This document shows positions 54,298 through 64,000 of a stretch of 64,000 nt of DNA, one piece after another (within the stretch, counting starts at the first letter, position 1; every line of letters starts with the position of its first letter). The translations under genes were made by a program, and so were the position numbers. Location of the stretch: positions 27,663 to 91,662 of the forward strand of contig JBBRNJ010000031.1 of NCBI GenBank assembly GCA_038230375.1, written 5' to 3'. Origin of the DNA: Polyangiales bacterium (GTDB taxonomy: Bacteria; Myxococcota_A; Polyangia; Polyangiales; Polyangiaceae). A model generated the notes under the pieces. The model was not told the DNA's origin. It saw nothing but the letters and a program-made list of their open reading frames with translations, and made no database searches.

Positions 54298-54468
54298 ACC
54301 CAGGGTTGAAACCGCTGGAACGCTGAAACCAGGGCCTGGGTGGGCCGTTATGGAGAGTATCAAGCTCGTGAATCACCCTCGCTTCCCAGGCACCCCATAG
54401 TAGACAACCCCTCACTCGAAAAGTGCGCTGCGCCGAAAGATTGAGGTGCGCGCCCGCTTCGCATAAAT

Positions 54469-55383
54469 ATGGATACAGTGGCGACCGGTCGAGATCGAAG
54501 CATGATGACGACAGCGGTGGATGCTGGCGAGCTCGCCGGGTCCTCACCGGCGCCGGATCTGCTTGGCGGCCGCGCGTGTCTCGTCGTGATCTACGGGCCT
54601 GAGCTGGGCAAGCGCTCCGCCCTCGGCGCCGACCTCTTCGAGATCGGACGCTCCAACAAGTGCGAGCTACCGATCGATCAAGAGAGCATCAGCCGCCACC
54701 ACGCGCGCATCACGTTCGACGGTGAGCGCCACAGCGTGCAGGACCTGGGCTCCACGAACGGCACGTACGTGAACGATCAGCTGGTGAAGATGTGCACGCT
54801 GCGCGACGGCGATCAGATCAAGGTCGGCCGCTCCATCCTCAAGTACATGCACGGCGACAACGTGGAGGCGAACTACCACGAAGAGATCTATCGCCTCATG
54901 ACGACGGATGCGCTCACGCAGACGTACAACCGTCGCTACTTCAACGAGGCGCTCGAGCGCGAGTTCACCCGCTCCATGCGGTACAAGCGCGCGCTGTCGC
55001 TGCTCATCTTCGACATCGACTTCTTCAAGAAGATTAACGACACCTACGGCCACGTCGCAGGCGACTCCGTGCTGCGGCAGCTGGCCATCGTGGTGAAGCC
55101 TCGCCTTCGTCAGCAAGACGTGCTCGCCCGCGTTGGCGGCGAAGAGTTCGCCGTGCTCCTCCCCGAGGTCGACGGCACCGGCGGACGCGTCGCGGCCGAG
55201 AAGGTGCGACGCCTGGTCGAGGCCGCGCGCTTCAGCATCGACCAGCGCGAGTTCTCGTGCACCGTGAGCGTGGGCATCGCCGAGTGGCTGCCCGACATGC
55301 ACGCGCCCATCGCTCTCTACGACGCCGCCGACAAGCGGCTGTACGAGGCGAAGCAGGCCGGCCGCAATCGCATCGCTGGCTGA
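54469..55383 (+). CDS. FHA-GGDEF diguanylate cyclase
   Basis: FHA IGR..SRHHA..STNGT; DIDFFK, RQQD I-site, GGEEF. Confidence 0.95.
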   Translation: MDTVATGRDRSMMTTAVDAGELAGSSPAPDLLGGRACLVVIYGPELGKRSALGADLFEIGRSNKCELPIDQESISRHHARITFDGERHSVQDLGSTNGTYVNDQLVKMCTLRDGDQIKVGRSILKYMHGDNVEANYHEEIYRLMTTDALTQTYNRRYFNEALEREFTRSMRYKRALSLLIFDIDFFKKINDTYGHVAGDSVLRQLAIVVKPRLRQQDVLARVGGEEFAVLLPEVDGTGGRVAAEKVRRLVEAARFSIDQREFSCTVSVGIAEWLPDMHAPIALYDAADKRLYEAKQAGRNRIAG

Positions 55384-55594
55384 CGCCACAGCGCCGAGGA
55401 GCGCGAACGCGATGGCCACCTGATCCATGTGCGACAATGGGCGCAGGGCCTTGACTGGAGCCCACCGTGACCGCCGCTGACGCACGATTCCAGCGACGAC
55501 ACAAAACGGGCGTGGTGCGGGGGCTCTGGGCCTTGCGGCGTCTTCGGCGGGAGACACGCGGCAGAACGGCACTGCCCTTGCTCCACAAGCTCAC

Positions 55595-56353
55595 ATGGTA
55601 AGAGCTTTCTCTCTGCGTTCCGCTCCCCTCCTTGTCGCGCTCGGCGTGGCCGCTTGCTCCGGAGGTGCGGAGCCGACCAAGACCACCGCGCAGTCCGCGA
55701 AGCCCAGCGGCGGCACGAACGGAGGCACGAATGGAGGCTCGAACAACGGCTCCGACGCGAATGGGCAGCCGCCCGTGAACGCACCGGACGTGGAGCTGCA
55801 GGTGATGCCGTTCGCGAGCTACTCCGGATTCGACGGCAAGCACCCCTTCAAGGTGCCGATCGCCGTCTATGGCGCGGACGCAGACGTCACGCTCACGGCG
55901 TCCGATCCGGCGTCGGTCAACATCACCAAGGTGAAGCTCACAACGCCAGGTAACGATCAAGGCGCCTGGTTCTTCGCAGAGACGAAGAAGGCCGGCACCA
56001 TCACGCTCACCGCCAGCTCCAAGGGCAAGACCGCCGACACCACGCTCACCGTGAAGGGCTACGACGCAGCTTCGTATGACTCCGGCAAGGCGCGCTACAT
56101 GAACGGCTCCGACGACGGCAAGGATCCGGCATGTACCAAGTGCCACGACGCGCAGAACGGCGGAATCGATCACTCGCCCGCGGCCCTGGCGTCGGACCAG
56201 GACCCTGATGTGCAGGCGATCATCACCACGGGCATCGTGAACGAGCACCCGATCACGAGCGTGGTCCACAAGTGGAGCGCTACCAACTCGGAGCTCGCGG
56301 GGCTCGTGATTTACCTGCGCTCGCTCGAGCCGAACGGCTTCACAGCGAACTGA
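55595..56353 (+). CDS. Lipoprotein with an Ig-like domain and a monoheme cytochrome c
   Basis: Lipobox VAAC; CTKCH; HKW; LVIYLRSL. Confidence 0.8.
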   Translation: MVRAFSLRSAPLLVALGVAACSGGAEPTKTTAQSAKPSGGTNGGTNGGSNNGSDANGQPPVNAPDVELQVMPFASYSGFDGKHPFKVPIAVYGADADVTLTASDPASVNITKVKLTTPGNDQGAWFFAETKKAGTITLTASSKGKTADTTLTVKGYDAASYDSGKARYMNGSDDGKDPACTKCHDAQNGGIDHSPAALASDQDPDVQAIITTGIVNEHPITSVVHKWSATNSELAGLVIYLRSLEPNGFTAN

Positions 56354-56407
56354 TTCTTGCGGTCGACCGTCGACGACCGTCCGCGTCGGTACTAGGGTTT
56401 GCCGGTC

Positions 56408-57634
56408 ATGACGGCGCCCCGATCGATCGCGTTCTTCTTCGACTACTCCTGCCCCTACGCGTACCTGGGGTTCACGCAGATCGAGGCGGCTGCGGCGCGC
56501 ATCGGCGCGAAGCTGTCGCTCGAACCCATGTTGCTCGGCGGGGTGTTTCGCGCGAACGACACCCCGCAGAAGCTCTTTGCCACGCTGTCGCCCCAGAAGG
56601 CGAAGCACAACGGAGAGGACATGGCGCGATGGGCGGAGCTCTTCGGCGTGACGCTGCGCATGCCGGCCGAGCATCCGTTCCGCACGGTCGAAGCCCTGCG
56701 TGCGACCATCGTGACCGGCGTGGACCCGAAGGTCATCCGCGGCTTCTACGACATGTACTGGGTGCACAACCGCCCCGTCAGCGACCCCGCGGTGATGCGT
56801 GAGGTGCTGTCCGCGGCCGGTCACGACGCGGACGCCGTGCTCGCGAAGATCGCGCGCGACGACGTGAAAGAGGAGCTGCGCAAGCGGACGGACAAGGCCA
56901 TCGCGCACGGAATCTTCGGTGCGCCGGCCTACGTGGTGGACGGCGAGCGCATGTACTGGGGACAGGACCGCATGCACATGGCGCTTTCGCAGCCGGCGGC
57001 GGACGTGTACTTCCGGACGACGCGCGCGGAAACGAACGAGAGGAAAGACAAGATGCATACGGTGGAGTTCTTCTGGGATTTTTCGTCGCCGTTCGCCTAC
57101 CTCGGGAGCACGCAGCTGCCGGCGCTCGCCGCGCGAGCTGGCACCACGATCGTGTCGCGCCCCATGCTCCTGGGCGGCCTCTTCAAGTCGATCGGTCAGG
57201 TCGACGTGCCGCTCAGCACGTGGAGCCAGCAGAAGCAGCGCTACTACTTTGACGACATGCATCGGTGGGCCGCGCACTGGCAGGTGCCGTTCAAGTTTCC
57301 GTCGCGCTTCCCCATGAACAGCGTGAAGGCGCTGCGCGCGTACCTGGCACTGCCCGAGGCGCGGCGCGCGGACTTCCAGAAGAAGGTGTTCGCTGCGTAC
57401 TGGGCGGAGGATCGCGACATCGCAGATGACGGCGTGCTCTCCGAGCTCATCGGAGAGGGCGCGAGCGACGTGCTCGCGAAGACGCAAGACCCCGCGGTGA
57501 AGCAGGAGCTCATTGCCGCCACGAAGTACGCCGAGACCAAGGGCGTCTTCGGAGCGCCCACGTTCATCGTGGACGACAAGGAGCTCTACTGGGGCCAGGA
57601 CCGCATCGTCCTGGTGGAGCGCGCGCTTGCATGA
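56408..57634 (+). CDS. Tandem 2-hydroxychromene-2-carboxylate isomerase/DsbA-like (kappa GST) protein
   Basis: Two domains: FDYSCPYAY..GIFGAP..WGQDR and WDFSSPFAY..GVFGAP..WGQDR. Confidence 0.9.
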   Translation: MTAPRSIAFFFDYSCPYAYLGFTQIEAAAARIGAKLSLEPMLLGGVFRANDTPQKLFATLSPQKAKHNGEDMARWAELFGVTLRMPAEHPFRTVEALRATIVTGVDPKVIRGFYDMYWVHNRPVSDPAVMREVLSAAGHDADAVLAKIARDDVKEELRKRTDKAIAHGIFGAPAYVVDGERMYWGQDRMHMALSQPAADVYFRTTRAETNERKDKMHTVEFFWDFSSPFAYLGSTQLPALAARAGTTIVSRPMLLGGLFKSIGQVDVPLSTWSQQKQRYYFDDMHRWAAHWQVPFKFPSRFPMNSVKALRAYLALPEARRADFQKKVFAAYWAEDRDIADDGVLSELIGEGASDVLAKTQDPAVKQELIAATKYAETKGVFGAPTFIVDDKELYWGQDRIVLVERALA

Positions 57635-58410
57635 CGCTCAAGATCGCGAGCTACAATGTGAACAGCATCCGCGCGCGTGAAGGGCGCGTGGTCGAGTGGC
57701 TGGGGCTCACGAAGCCGGACATCGTCTGCATGCAGGAGCTCAAGGTGGAGGATTCTGCGTTCCCCTCCCTGGTCTTCACCAGCCACGGCTACCACTCGGT
57801 GACGTTCGGACAGAAGACGTACAACGGAGTTGCCATCCTCTCGCGGACGCCCATCACGGAGGTCACGCGCGGCTTCAACGACGGCGACCCCGACCCGCAA
57901 GCGCGCCTCATCAGCGCAACCACCGCGGGCATCCAGATCATGAGCGCCTACTTCCCGAACGGCGAGTCGCGGACCAGCGACAAGTTCCCCTACAAGCTCC
58001 GGTGGCTCGAGCGCATGACGGCGCACCTGCAAAAGAAGATCGCAGCGGGAGACAACTTCATCCTCGCAGGCGACTACAACATCGCGCCCGCGGACCTGGA
58101 CTGCCACGAGCCCGCGCTCTGGAACGAGAGCGTGCTCTCGTGCAAGGAGGTGCGTCATGCATGGACCAAGATCATCGCGCTCGGCCTGGTGGACACAGTG
58201 AGAGCTGCGCACCCGGACACACCAGAGTTCACGTGGTGGGACTACCGAATGCTCTCGTTTCCAAAGAGGAAGGGGCTTCGCATCGATCATCTCCTTGCGA
58301 CGCCGGCGCTTGCTGGACGCCTCAAAGGCTCCGGCGTGGACCGCGATGCGCGCAAAGGCAAGCTGCCGAGCGACCACGCGCCCGTATGGATCGAGCTGAA
58401 CGACGCCTGA
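57631..58410 (+). CDS. xth: Exodeoxyribonuclease III
   Basis: SYNVNSIR, QELK, YNGVA, GDYN, FTWWDYR, GLRIDH, SDHAP. Confidence 0.96.
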   Translation: MTLKIASYNVNSIRAREGRVVEWLGLTKPDIVCMQELKVEDSAFPSLVFTSHGYHSVTFGQKTYNGVAILSRTPITEVTRGFNDGDPDPQARLISATTAGIQIMSAYFPNGESRTSDKFPYKLRWLERMTAHLQKKIAAGDNFILAGDYNIAPADLDCHEPALWNESVLSCKEVRHAWTKIIALGLVDTVRAAHPDTPEFTWWDYRMLSFPKRKGLRIDHLLATPALAGRLKGSGVDRDARKGKLPSDHAPVWIELNDA

Positions 58411-58429
58411 ATGCGTGTATCGTAGGGGT

Positions 58430-59305
58430 ATGCGCAGTCGGATCATCGCCGCGCTCTCGCTAGTCTTGGTCGCGTGCTCGGCGATCGCCAACTTCGACGG
58501 TCTGGTCAGTGATCAGGTCCCGAGCGACGGCGGCGTCGACGGCGCGTCCAGAGATGGCAGCGTCGCGCCCAACACGACCGACGGATCGCTCGCGACCTCC
58601 GACGGCAGTGGCTTCGATGCGGGGACGTCGTCCGATGCGTCGCAGATGAACATGGACTCCGGCGACTCCGGCTACTGCTCCACGCACCCCGGGCACACGT
58701 TCTGCGACGACTTCGACCCCACGTCAACGCTCGGGGGGCGATGGACCACCAATATTCACATCGGCAGTGCGGGCGTTGTCACGAGCGGCTTCGTGTCTCC
58801 GCCGCGCGAGGTCCTCGCGACCTCCCCTGACAACGACGGTGGCGTGGACGGCGAGAACGACATCCAGAAGGACTTCTTGGCAACCAAGTCCATGGACCTG
58901 GAAGCGGCCGTCAAGGTCGCGCTCGCCGCGAACAGCAGCGACTTCATGGCGATCGAATTCACGCCGATCGACACGTCCGTCTACGCGAGCTGCTACTTCG
59001 ACGTGCAGTACAGCATGGCCAGCGGGACCGTTTTGGAGGCCCAGTGCAATCAGCCAGACGGCGGCAGCTTCTACTCGAGCGCCAGCATCGTCGCGACGCA
59101 GCCGAACTATGAGCGGATCCACCTGTCCGTCGACCTGACCACGAACCAGGTCACGGCGACCATGAGCGGCACCACGAAGAAGATCTTCTTCCCTGCGGGG
59201 CTGGCCACGACGAAGTTCAGCGCCCTTTTAGGTGTAGTCTACAAGGCAACCGGGATTGGCAACGCCGTGGTGCGCACGGACGACGTGTTCATCGACACGA
59301 AATGA
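58430..59305 (+). CDS. Hypothetical lipoprotein (beta-sandwich)
   Basis: Lipobox LVAC; DAG linker; FCDDFD..SPP..DDV. Confidence 0.8.
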   Translation: MRSRIIAALSLVLVACSAIANFDGLVSDQVPSDGGVDGASRDGSVAPNTTDGSLATSDGSGFDAGTSSDASQMNMDSGDSGYCSTHPGHTFCDDFDPTSTLGGRWTTNIHIGSAGVVTSGFVSPPREVLATSPDNDGGVDGENDIQKDFLATKSMDLEAAVKVALAANSSDFMAIEFTPIDTSVYASCYFDVQYSMASGTVLEAQCNQPDGGSFYSSASIVATQPNYERIHLSVDLTTNQVTATMSGTTKKIFFPAGLATTKFSALLGVVYKATGIGNAVVRTDDVFIDTK

Positions 59306-59341
59306 GCCACGCCTGAGTCGCTTCCGTCAGACCGGTGGGCG

Positions 59342-60265
59342 TCACGTGATGATGAGCGCTTCGAGCAGCGCCTTCGCCGTGTGCATGCGGTTCTCCGCCT
59401 CGTCCCACACGAGAGACTGCGGCCCAAGGAGCACGTCCGCGGTGATCTCCTCGCCGCGGTGGGCAGGCAGGCAGTGCAGCACCACGGCCTCTGGTTTTGC
59501 AGTGCGCATCATGGCGGCGTCCACGGTGAACCCGGCGAACGCCCGCAGGCGCTCAGCCGCCTCCTTTTCCTGACCCATGCTGGTCCACACGTCGGTGACG
59601 ACGACGTCGGCGCCATGCGCGGCGCCCCTTGGATCGCGCTCGATCGTGGTGATCGCTGCGTCAACCTCTGCGGCCGGCGGCGAGAACGCCTCCGGGCACA
59701 CGAGGCGCAGCTTGAAGCCGAAGATGGACGCCGCCTCCAGGAAGGAGCGCGCCATGTTGGAGCTGCCATCGCCCACGAACGATACGAGACGCCCTTCGAC
59801 GCTGCCGAAGTGCTCACGCAGCGTCTGGACGTCCGCCAGCAACTGGATCGGATGAGCGTCGTCCGAGAGGCCGTTGATGACGGGCGAGGTCGATGCGTTC
59901 GCGAACGTGTGAAGACGCTCGCTCGAGAACGTACGGAACAGCACCGCATGCGCATAGCGCGAGACGACGCGCGCCGTGTCCGCGAGCGGCTCGCCGCGGG
60001 ACATCTGGCTGGTCTGCGTGTCCACGTTCATGGGGTGTCCGCCCAGCTCCGACACGGCGGCCTCGAACGATAGCCGCGTGCGAGTGGAGGCCTTCTGGAA
60101 CACCAGGGCCACGGTCTTCGCGGTGAGCGTGCGCGGCGAGACGCCTTCGCGGCGGAGCTTCTTCAGCTCGGTCGCGCGGTCGAGCAGCCGAAACAGCTCG
60201 TCTCGTGAGAAGTCGGAGAGCTTGAGAAAGTCACGCTTTGTCTTCGTCAGTCCGTTCGCGCTCAT
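59342..60265 (-). CDS. argF: Ornithine carbamoyltransferase
   Basis: STRTRLSF, HPIQ, DVWTSMGQE, HCLP, AENR; the start overlaps the argH stop. Confidence 0.95.
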   Translation of the reverse strand: MSANGLTKTKRDFLKLSDFSRDELFRLLDRATELKKLRREGVSPRTLTAKTVALVFQKASTRTRLSFEAAVSELGGHPMNVDTQTSQMSRGEPLADTARVVSRYAHAVLFRTFSSERLHTFANASTSPVINGLSDDAHPIQLLADVQTLREHFGSVEGRLVSFVGDGSSNMARSFLEAASIFGFKLRLVCPEAFSPPAAEVDAAITTIERDPRGAAHGADVVVTDVWTSMGQEKEAAERLRAFAGFTVDAAMMRTAKPEAVVLHCLPAHRGEEITADVLLGPQSLVWDEAENRMHTAKALLEALIIT

Positions 60266-61716
60266 CACACATCCTCCGAAAGCTTGGATACCAACACCCC
60301 CAGCGCAGGGACCTTCGCCTGGGCACGCTCCGCGGCGTCGGCAGCCGCGAGCAAGCGCGCAAGGTGCTCTTCCACGCGGGCCTTCGACGTGCCGCCAGGG
60401 CTTGCCTTGCGATCGATCGCCTTGCCGACGTCCGCCGTGGCGAGGACCTGAGCGGTCAGCCGCGGATCGATTCCGTGCGCGTCGGCCTCTGGCACGGTGA
60501 GCAGCGAGTAGCCGCGCTCCTTGCACATGGAGACGAGGCTTCCGACGATGCCGTGGCTCTCGCGGAACGGCACGCCGCGCGACACGAGCGCCTCTGCAAG
60601 GTCCGTGGCCTGCGTCATGTCGGAGGTGAGCGCAAGCAGACACCGCTCCTTGTCGAACTCCACGTTCGCAAGTCCGAGCGCGAGCATCTTCGGCGCCGCG
60701 GACGAGAGCGCAGCGCACGAGAGGATGGGGCCGCGGTCTTCCTGCTGATCGCGGTTGTAGCCAAAAGGAAGCCCTTTCATGGTGGTGAGCAGCTGCATGA
60801 GTGAACCGATCGCCTTCCCCGACTTGCCGCGCAGGAGCTCGAAGAGGTCCGGATTACGCTTCTGCGGCATCATGGACGAGCCCATGGCAATACCGGACGA
60901 GAGCTTCACGAAGCCGAACTCCGAGGTGGAGAAGTCCACCATGTCCGTGGACACGCGGCTCACGTGCACGAGGAGCTTGCTCGTGGCGTAGGCGTAATCG
61001 AGCGCGAAATCGCGGTCGCCGACCGTGTCGATGGCAGAGCCGGTGAGGGCGTCGAAGCCCAGCGCGGCGCGCACGCTGTCGCGATCGATGGGGAGGGACG
61101 TGCCGCTGGACGCGCCGGAGCCGAGCGGCGAACGCGACAGCGACGACAGCGCGAAGCCAAACGTATCCAGGTCCCGCGTGAACGCCTCCGCGTAGCCAGC
61201 GAGCAGGAACGCGAGCGAGATCGGCTGCGCGCGCTGCCTGTGCGTGTAGGACGGCAGGAACACGTCCGTGCTGGCGGCCGCGCGCGCCGCGAGGGTGCGC
61301 ACGAGCGTGGCGATCTCGGCGAGCGCATTCTTCGCGCTCTCGCGCAGGAAGAGCCGCAGGTCGAGGGCCACCTGATCATTGCGCGAGCGCGCTGCATGCA
61401 ACACCTTGGCCGCGTCGCCGATGTCGGCAAGGAGCGCGCGCTCGACCGCCATGTGAACGTCTTCCTCCTCAGGGAGCGTGAGCGTGCCGTGCTCCCATCG
61501 CTCGTGCAGACCACGCAGCCCCTTGATGATCGCGCGGGCCTCTTCCTTCTTGATGATCCCCTGCGCAGCCAGCATGCGAGCGTGCGCGATGCTGCCCACG
61601 ACGTCTGCCGAGAACAGCGCCATGTCTTCCGCCAGCGACGTGGTGAAGGCGAGGACGTCCGGGAGCATGGAAGCGCCGCCCGATGCGGCTGTCTTTGCGA
61701 GGCTGCCGCCGCTCAC
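60265..61716 (-). CDS. argH: Argininosuccinate lyase
   Basis: EDVH, RSRNDQV, YTHRQRAQP, GSSMMPQKRNPD, YNRDQQED. Confidence 0.96.
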   Translation of the reverse strand: MSGGSLAKTAASGGASMLPDVLAFTTSLAEDMALFSADVVGSIAHARMLAAQGIIKKEEARAIIKGLRGLHERWEHGTLTLPEEEDVHMAVERALLADIGDAAKVLHAARSRNDQVALDLRLFLRESAKNALAEIATLVRTLAARAAASTDVFLPSYTHRQRAQPISLAFLLAGYAEAFTRDLDTFGFALSSLSRSPLGSGASSGTSLPIDRDSVRAALGFDALTGSAIDTVGDRDFALDYAYATSKLLVHVSRVSTDMVDFSTSEFGFVKLSSGIAMGSSMMPQKRNPDLFELLRGKSGKAIGSLMQLLTTMKGLPFGYNRDQQEDRGPILSCAALSSAAPKMLALGLANVEFDKERCLLALTSDMTQATDLAEALVSRGVPFRESHGIVGSLVSMCKERGYSLLTVPEADAHGIDPRLTAQVLATADVGKAIDRKASPGGTSKARVEEHLARLLAAADAAERAQAKVPALGVLVSKLSEDV

Positions 61717-62183
61717 GAGCTGCCCTCCAGCGCGAACAGGAGCGACAGCTTTCGCGCGAGCTTGCGCGCAGGCGTCTTCTTCTCCGGCACGATGAAGATC
61801 GTATCGTCGCCGGCGAGCGTGCCAATGATGTCCGGCATGCGCGCTTCGTCCAGCAGCGCGGCGATCGCCGGTGCGGCACCTGGGCGTGTGTGCATCACCA
61901 CCATCGCCTCGCCGTCCTTGATGCCCAGCACGAGCTCCCTCACTGCGCTGGGTGCGAGCCGCGGGGCCAGCTCGGGCGAACCGAGCTCATACATGGACCC
62001 GCCGTCGGGCAATGAAACGCGGCGCGCGCGGAGCTTCTGGAGGTCGCGCGATAGCGTCGCCTGCGTGACGTCGTAGCCGCGTGAGAGCACGAGCTCGCGC
62101 AGCTCCTCCTGAGTGCCTACCGGCCTTCGGCGGAGGATGTCCGCGATGGCCGCGCGTCTGGGCTTGGTCTGCAGGTCGCCCAT
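61713..62183 (-). CDS. argR: Arginine repressor
   Basis: TQEEL, VTQATLSRDL, T.PGAA, GTLAGDDT. Confidence 0.95.
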   Translation of the reverse strand: MGDLQTKPRRAAIADILRRRPVGTQEELRELVLSRGYDVTQATLSRDLQKLRARRVSLPDGGSMYELGSPELAPRLAPSAVRELVLGIKDGEAMVVMHTRPGAAPAIAALLDEARMPDIIGTLAGDDTIFIVPEKKTPARKLARKLSLLFALEGSS

Positions 62184-62184
62184 G

Positions 62185-64000
62185 TCATGCCTCCGCGCGC
62201 ACGATGGTGCCGACACCCGTGTCGGTGAACAGCTCGGCGATGACGTTGTGGGGCGTACGCCCGTCGATGAGGTGAACGGCGCGCACCCCGCCTGCGAGCG
62301 CCTTCAGGATGGACTCTGCCTTGATCGCCATGCCGCCCGTGACGACGCCCGTATCGATCATGGTGCGCAGAGCCTTGGCCCCAAGCTCGGACACGAGCTC
62401 GTCCTTCTCCACGATGCCGGTGACGTCCGACAGATAGATCAGCTTGTCGGCGGAGAGCGCCTCTGCCACGCCAGCAGCCACGACGTCCGCGTTCAGGTTG
62501 TAGCTCTGGCCGTCCGCGCCAAGGCCCACGGGTGAGATGACCGGGATGTAGCCCTGGGAGAGCAGCGACTCCAGGAAGCCCTTGTTCACCTCCGTGAGCT
62601 CGCCGACCTCACCCAGGTCGCGGCCGTCCTCGCGTACGAGCTTCTGCGCTCGGAGCAGCGCCGCGTCCTTGCCGCTGACACCCACGGCCTGTCCGCCGTG
62701 ACGATTCAGCAGGGTGACGAGCTCCGTGTTGACGGACCCCGTGAGGACCATCTCCACCACGCGCACGTCCGATGCCGGCGTCACGCGCACGCCGTCGATG
62801 AACTCCGGATGGCTGCCCATCTTCTCGAGCGCGCGCGTGATGTCCGGACCGCCGCCATGAACCACGACGGGCAAGAGCCCGATCGAGTGGAGCAGCAGGA
62901 TGTCCTCGCAGAAGGAGCGCTTGAGCGACTCCTTCGTCATGGCCGCGCCACCGTACTTGATGACGCAGCGGCGGCCGCGGAAGCGCGAGATGTACGCGAG
63001 CGCCTCGACCAGGAGCGCGCGCTTGAAGGTGGGGCTGTAGTTCTGGAGCTTGTCGTCCTTGCCTACGCCGCCGTCTTCCTTCTCGACGATAAGACTCGTG
63101 TAGTCTGCATTGATCTTCACGTAGTCGTAGGAGAGGTCGCAGCCGTACGCCTTGGCCTCTGCGGTACCGCCGCGAAGATCCACCAGGATGTGGACCTCGG
63201 GTTCGCGCATGCGTGCCTTCAAGATGGTCCTGTCCAGCGGCACGGGCGCGCCGTCGTAGACCAGGGTGCCCTGCACGGACACGGAGGCCTTGTAGGGATC
63301 CATGGCGTAGTTCTGGGAGCCGGCCCGCGCGCCAACGGTCGCAAGGATGCGGCCCCAGTTCGGGTCCATGCCGAAGATCGCCGTCTTCACGAGCGGCGAG
63401 CCGCAGATGCTCTTCGCCACGTCGCGCGCAGAGGCGACGTCCGGCGCGCCCTTCACGATCACGTCGATGCGCTTGGTGGCGCCCTCACCGTCTTGCGCGA
63501 TGTCGCGCGCGAGCTCGTCCAGGAGGTCGAGCACTGCCGCCGCGAACGTGTCGTAGTGCGGCCCCTTGGCAGTGATCTTCGCGTTGCCGGCAAGGCCATT
63601 GGCCATGGCGAACACGGCGTCGTTGGTGCTCATGTCCTGGTCAACGGTGAGCTGATCGAAGGTCTCGTGCGTGGCCGCGAGCAACGCGCAAGACAGCATC
63701 GCGGGGTCGATCGCGCAGTCCGTGACGATCACGGCGATCATCGTGGCGAGCTGCGGCGCGATCATGCCGGAGCCCTTGCAGATGGCGGAGATCGTGACGG
63801 GCTTGTCGCCAACGGAGATCACGCGCGACGCCATCTTCTTCACCATGTCGGTGGTCATGATGGCCTCGGCTGCGCGATCCGGCTCGGGCGTGAGGTTCGC
63901 GATCAGGCTGGGCAGCGCGGTCACGATCTTGTCGTGCGGAAGACGCACGCCGATCACACCCGTACTCGCGCTGACGACGGACGCCTTCGGTACGCCGAGC
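62185..64000 (-). CDS. argJ-argB: Fused ornithine acetyltransferase (ArgJ) and acetylglutamate kinase (ArgB); 5' end lies outside the window
   Basis: STGVIG, KGSGMIAPQLATM, STND, DGEGATK, DPNWGR, INADY, then in the same frame KYGGAAM, HGGG, NLNAD, GGM..K, ELFT..GVGT. Confidence 0.93.
   Translation of the reverse strand, partial: LGVPKASVVSASTGVIGVRLPHDKIVTALPSLIANLTPEPDRAAEAIMTTDMVKKMASRVISVGDKPVTISAICKGSGMIAPQLATMIAVIVTDCAIDPAMLSCALLAATHETFDQLTVDQDMSTNDAVFAMANGLAGNAKITAKGPHYDTFAAAVLDLLDELARDIAQDGEGATKRIDVIVKGAPDVASARDVAKSICGSPLVKTAIFGMDPNWGRILATVGARAGSQNYAMDPYKASVSVQGTLVYDGAPVPLDRTILKARMREPEVHILVDLRGGTAEAKAYGCDLSYDYVKINADYTSLIVEKEDGGVGKDDKLQNYSPTFKRALLVEALAYISRFRGRRCVIKYGGAAMTKESLKRSFCEDILLLHSIGLLPVVVHGGGPDITRALEKMGSHPEFIDGVRVTPASDVRVVEMVLTGSVNTELVTLLNRHGGQAVGVSGKDAALLRAQKLVREDGRDLGEVGELTEVNKGFLESLLSQGYIPVISPVGLGADGQSYNLNADVVAAGVAEALSADKLIYLSDVTGIVEKDELVSELGAKALRTMIDTGVVTGGMAIKAESILKALAGGVRAVHLIDGRTPHNVIAELFTDTGVGTIVRAEA

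Overview
High-GC (roughly two-thirds GC by eye) bacterial chromosomal DNA. Gene content points to Myxococcota, probably Polyangiaceae-like (inference): MYXO-CTERM tails, an SCE4755-type His-brace protein, DUF2330, many 'DAG/DGG'-linker lipoproteins, a Ser/Thr kinase and an FHA-GGDEF protein. About 55 genes are recognisable, including cstA, a GH13 glycosidase, a PLD, two related TPR-wHTH regulators, a SpoIVB/S55 peptidase, five c-type cytochromes, MscS-cNMP, comM-recA, an RdgC-like pair, an M18 peptidase, xth and an arg operon cut by the right edge. I found no rRNA, tRNA, CRISPR array, prophage or intact transposase. The most notable observations are: (1) an in-frame ArgJ-ArgB fusion; (2) a membrane His-rich/tri-heme-c protein with a MYXO-CTERM tail, next to a diheme lipoprotein and an LPMO-like copper protein, which could be an electron-supply system; (3) a pseudokinase; (4) a full STAND regulator plus an ATPase-less paralog; (5) a non-coding 20.0-20.8 kb segment holding a frameshifted SMI1/KNR4 relic, an orphan IS481-like end and paired palindromes; (6) six strand-biased (TCGACC)n microsatellites. 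All family assignments come from remembered motifs, not database searches.
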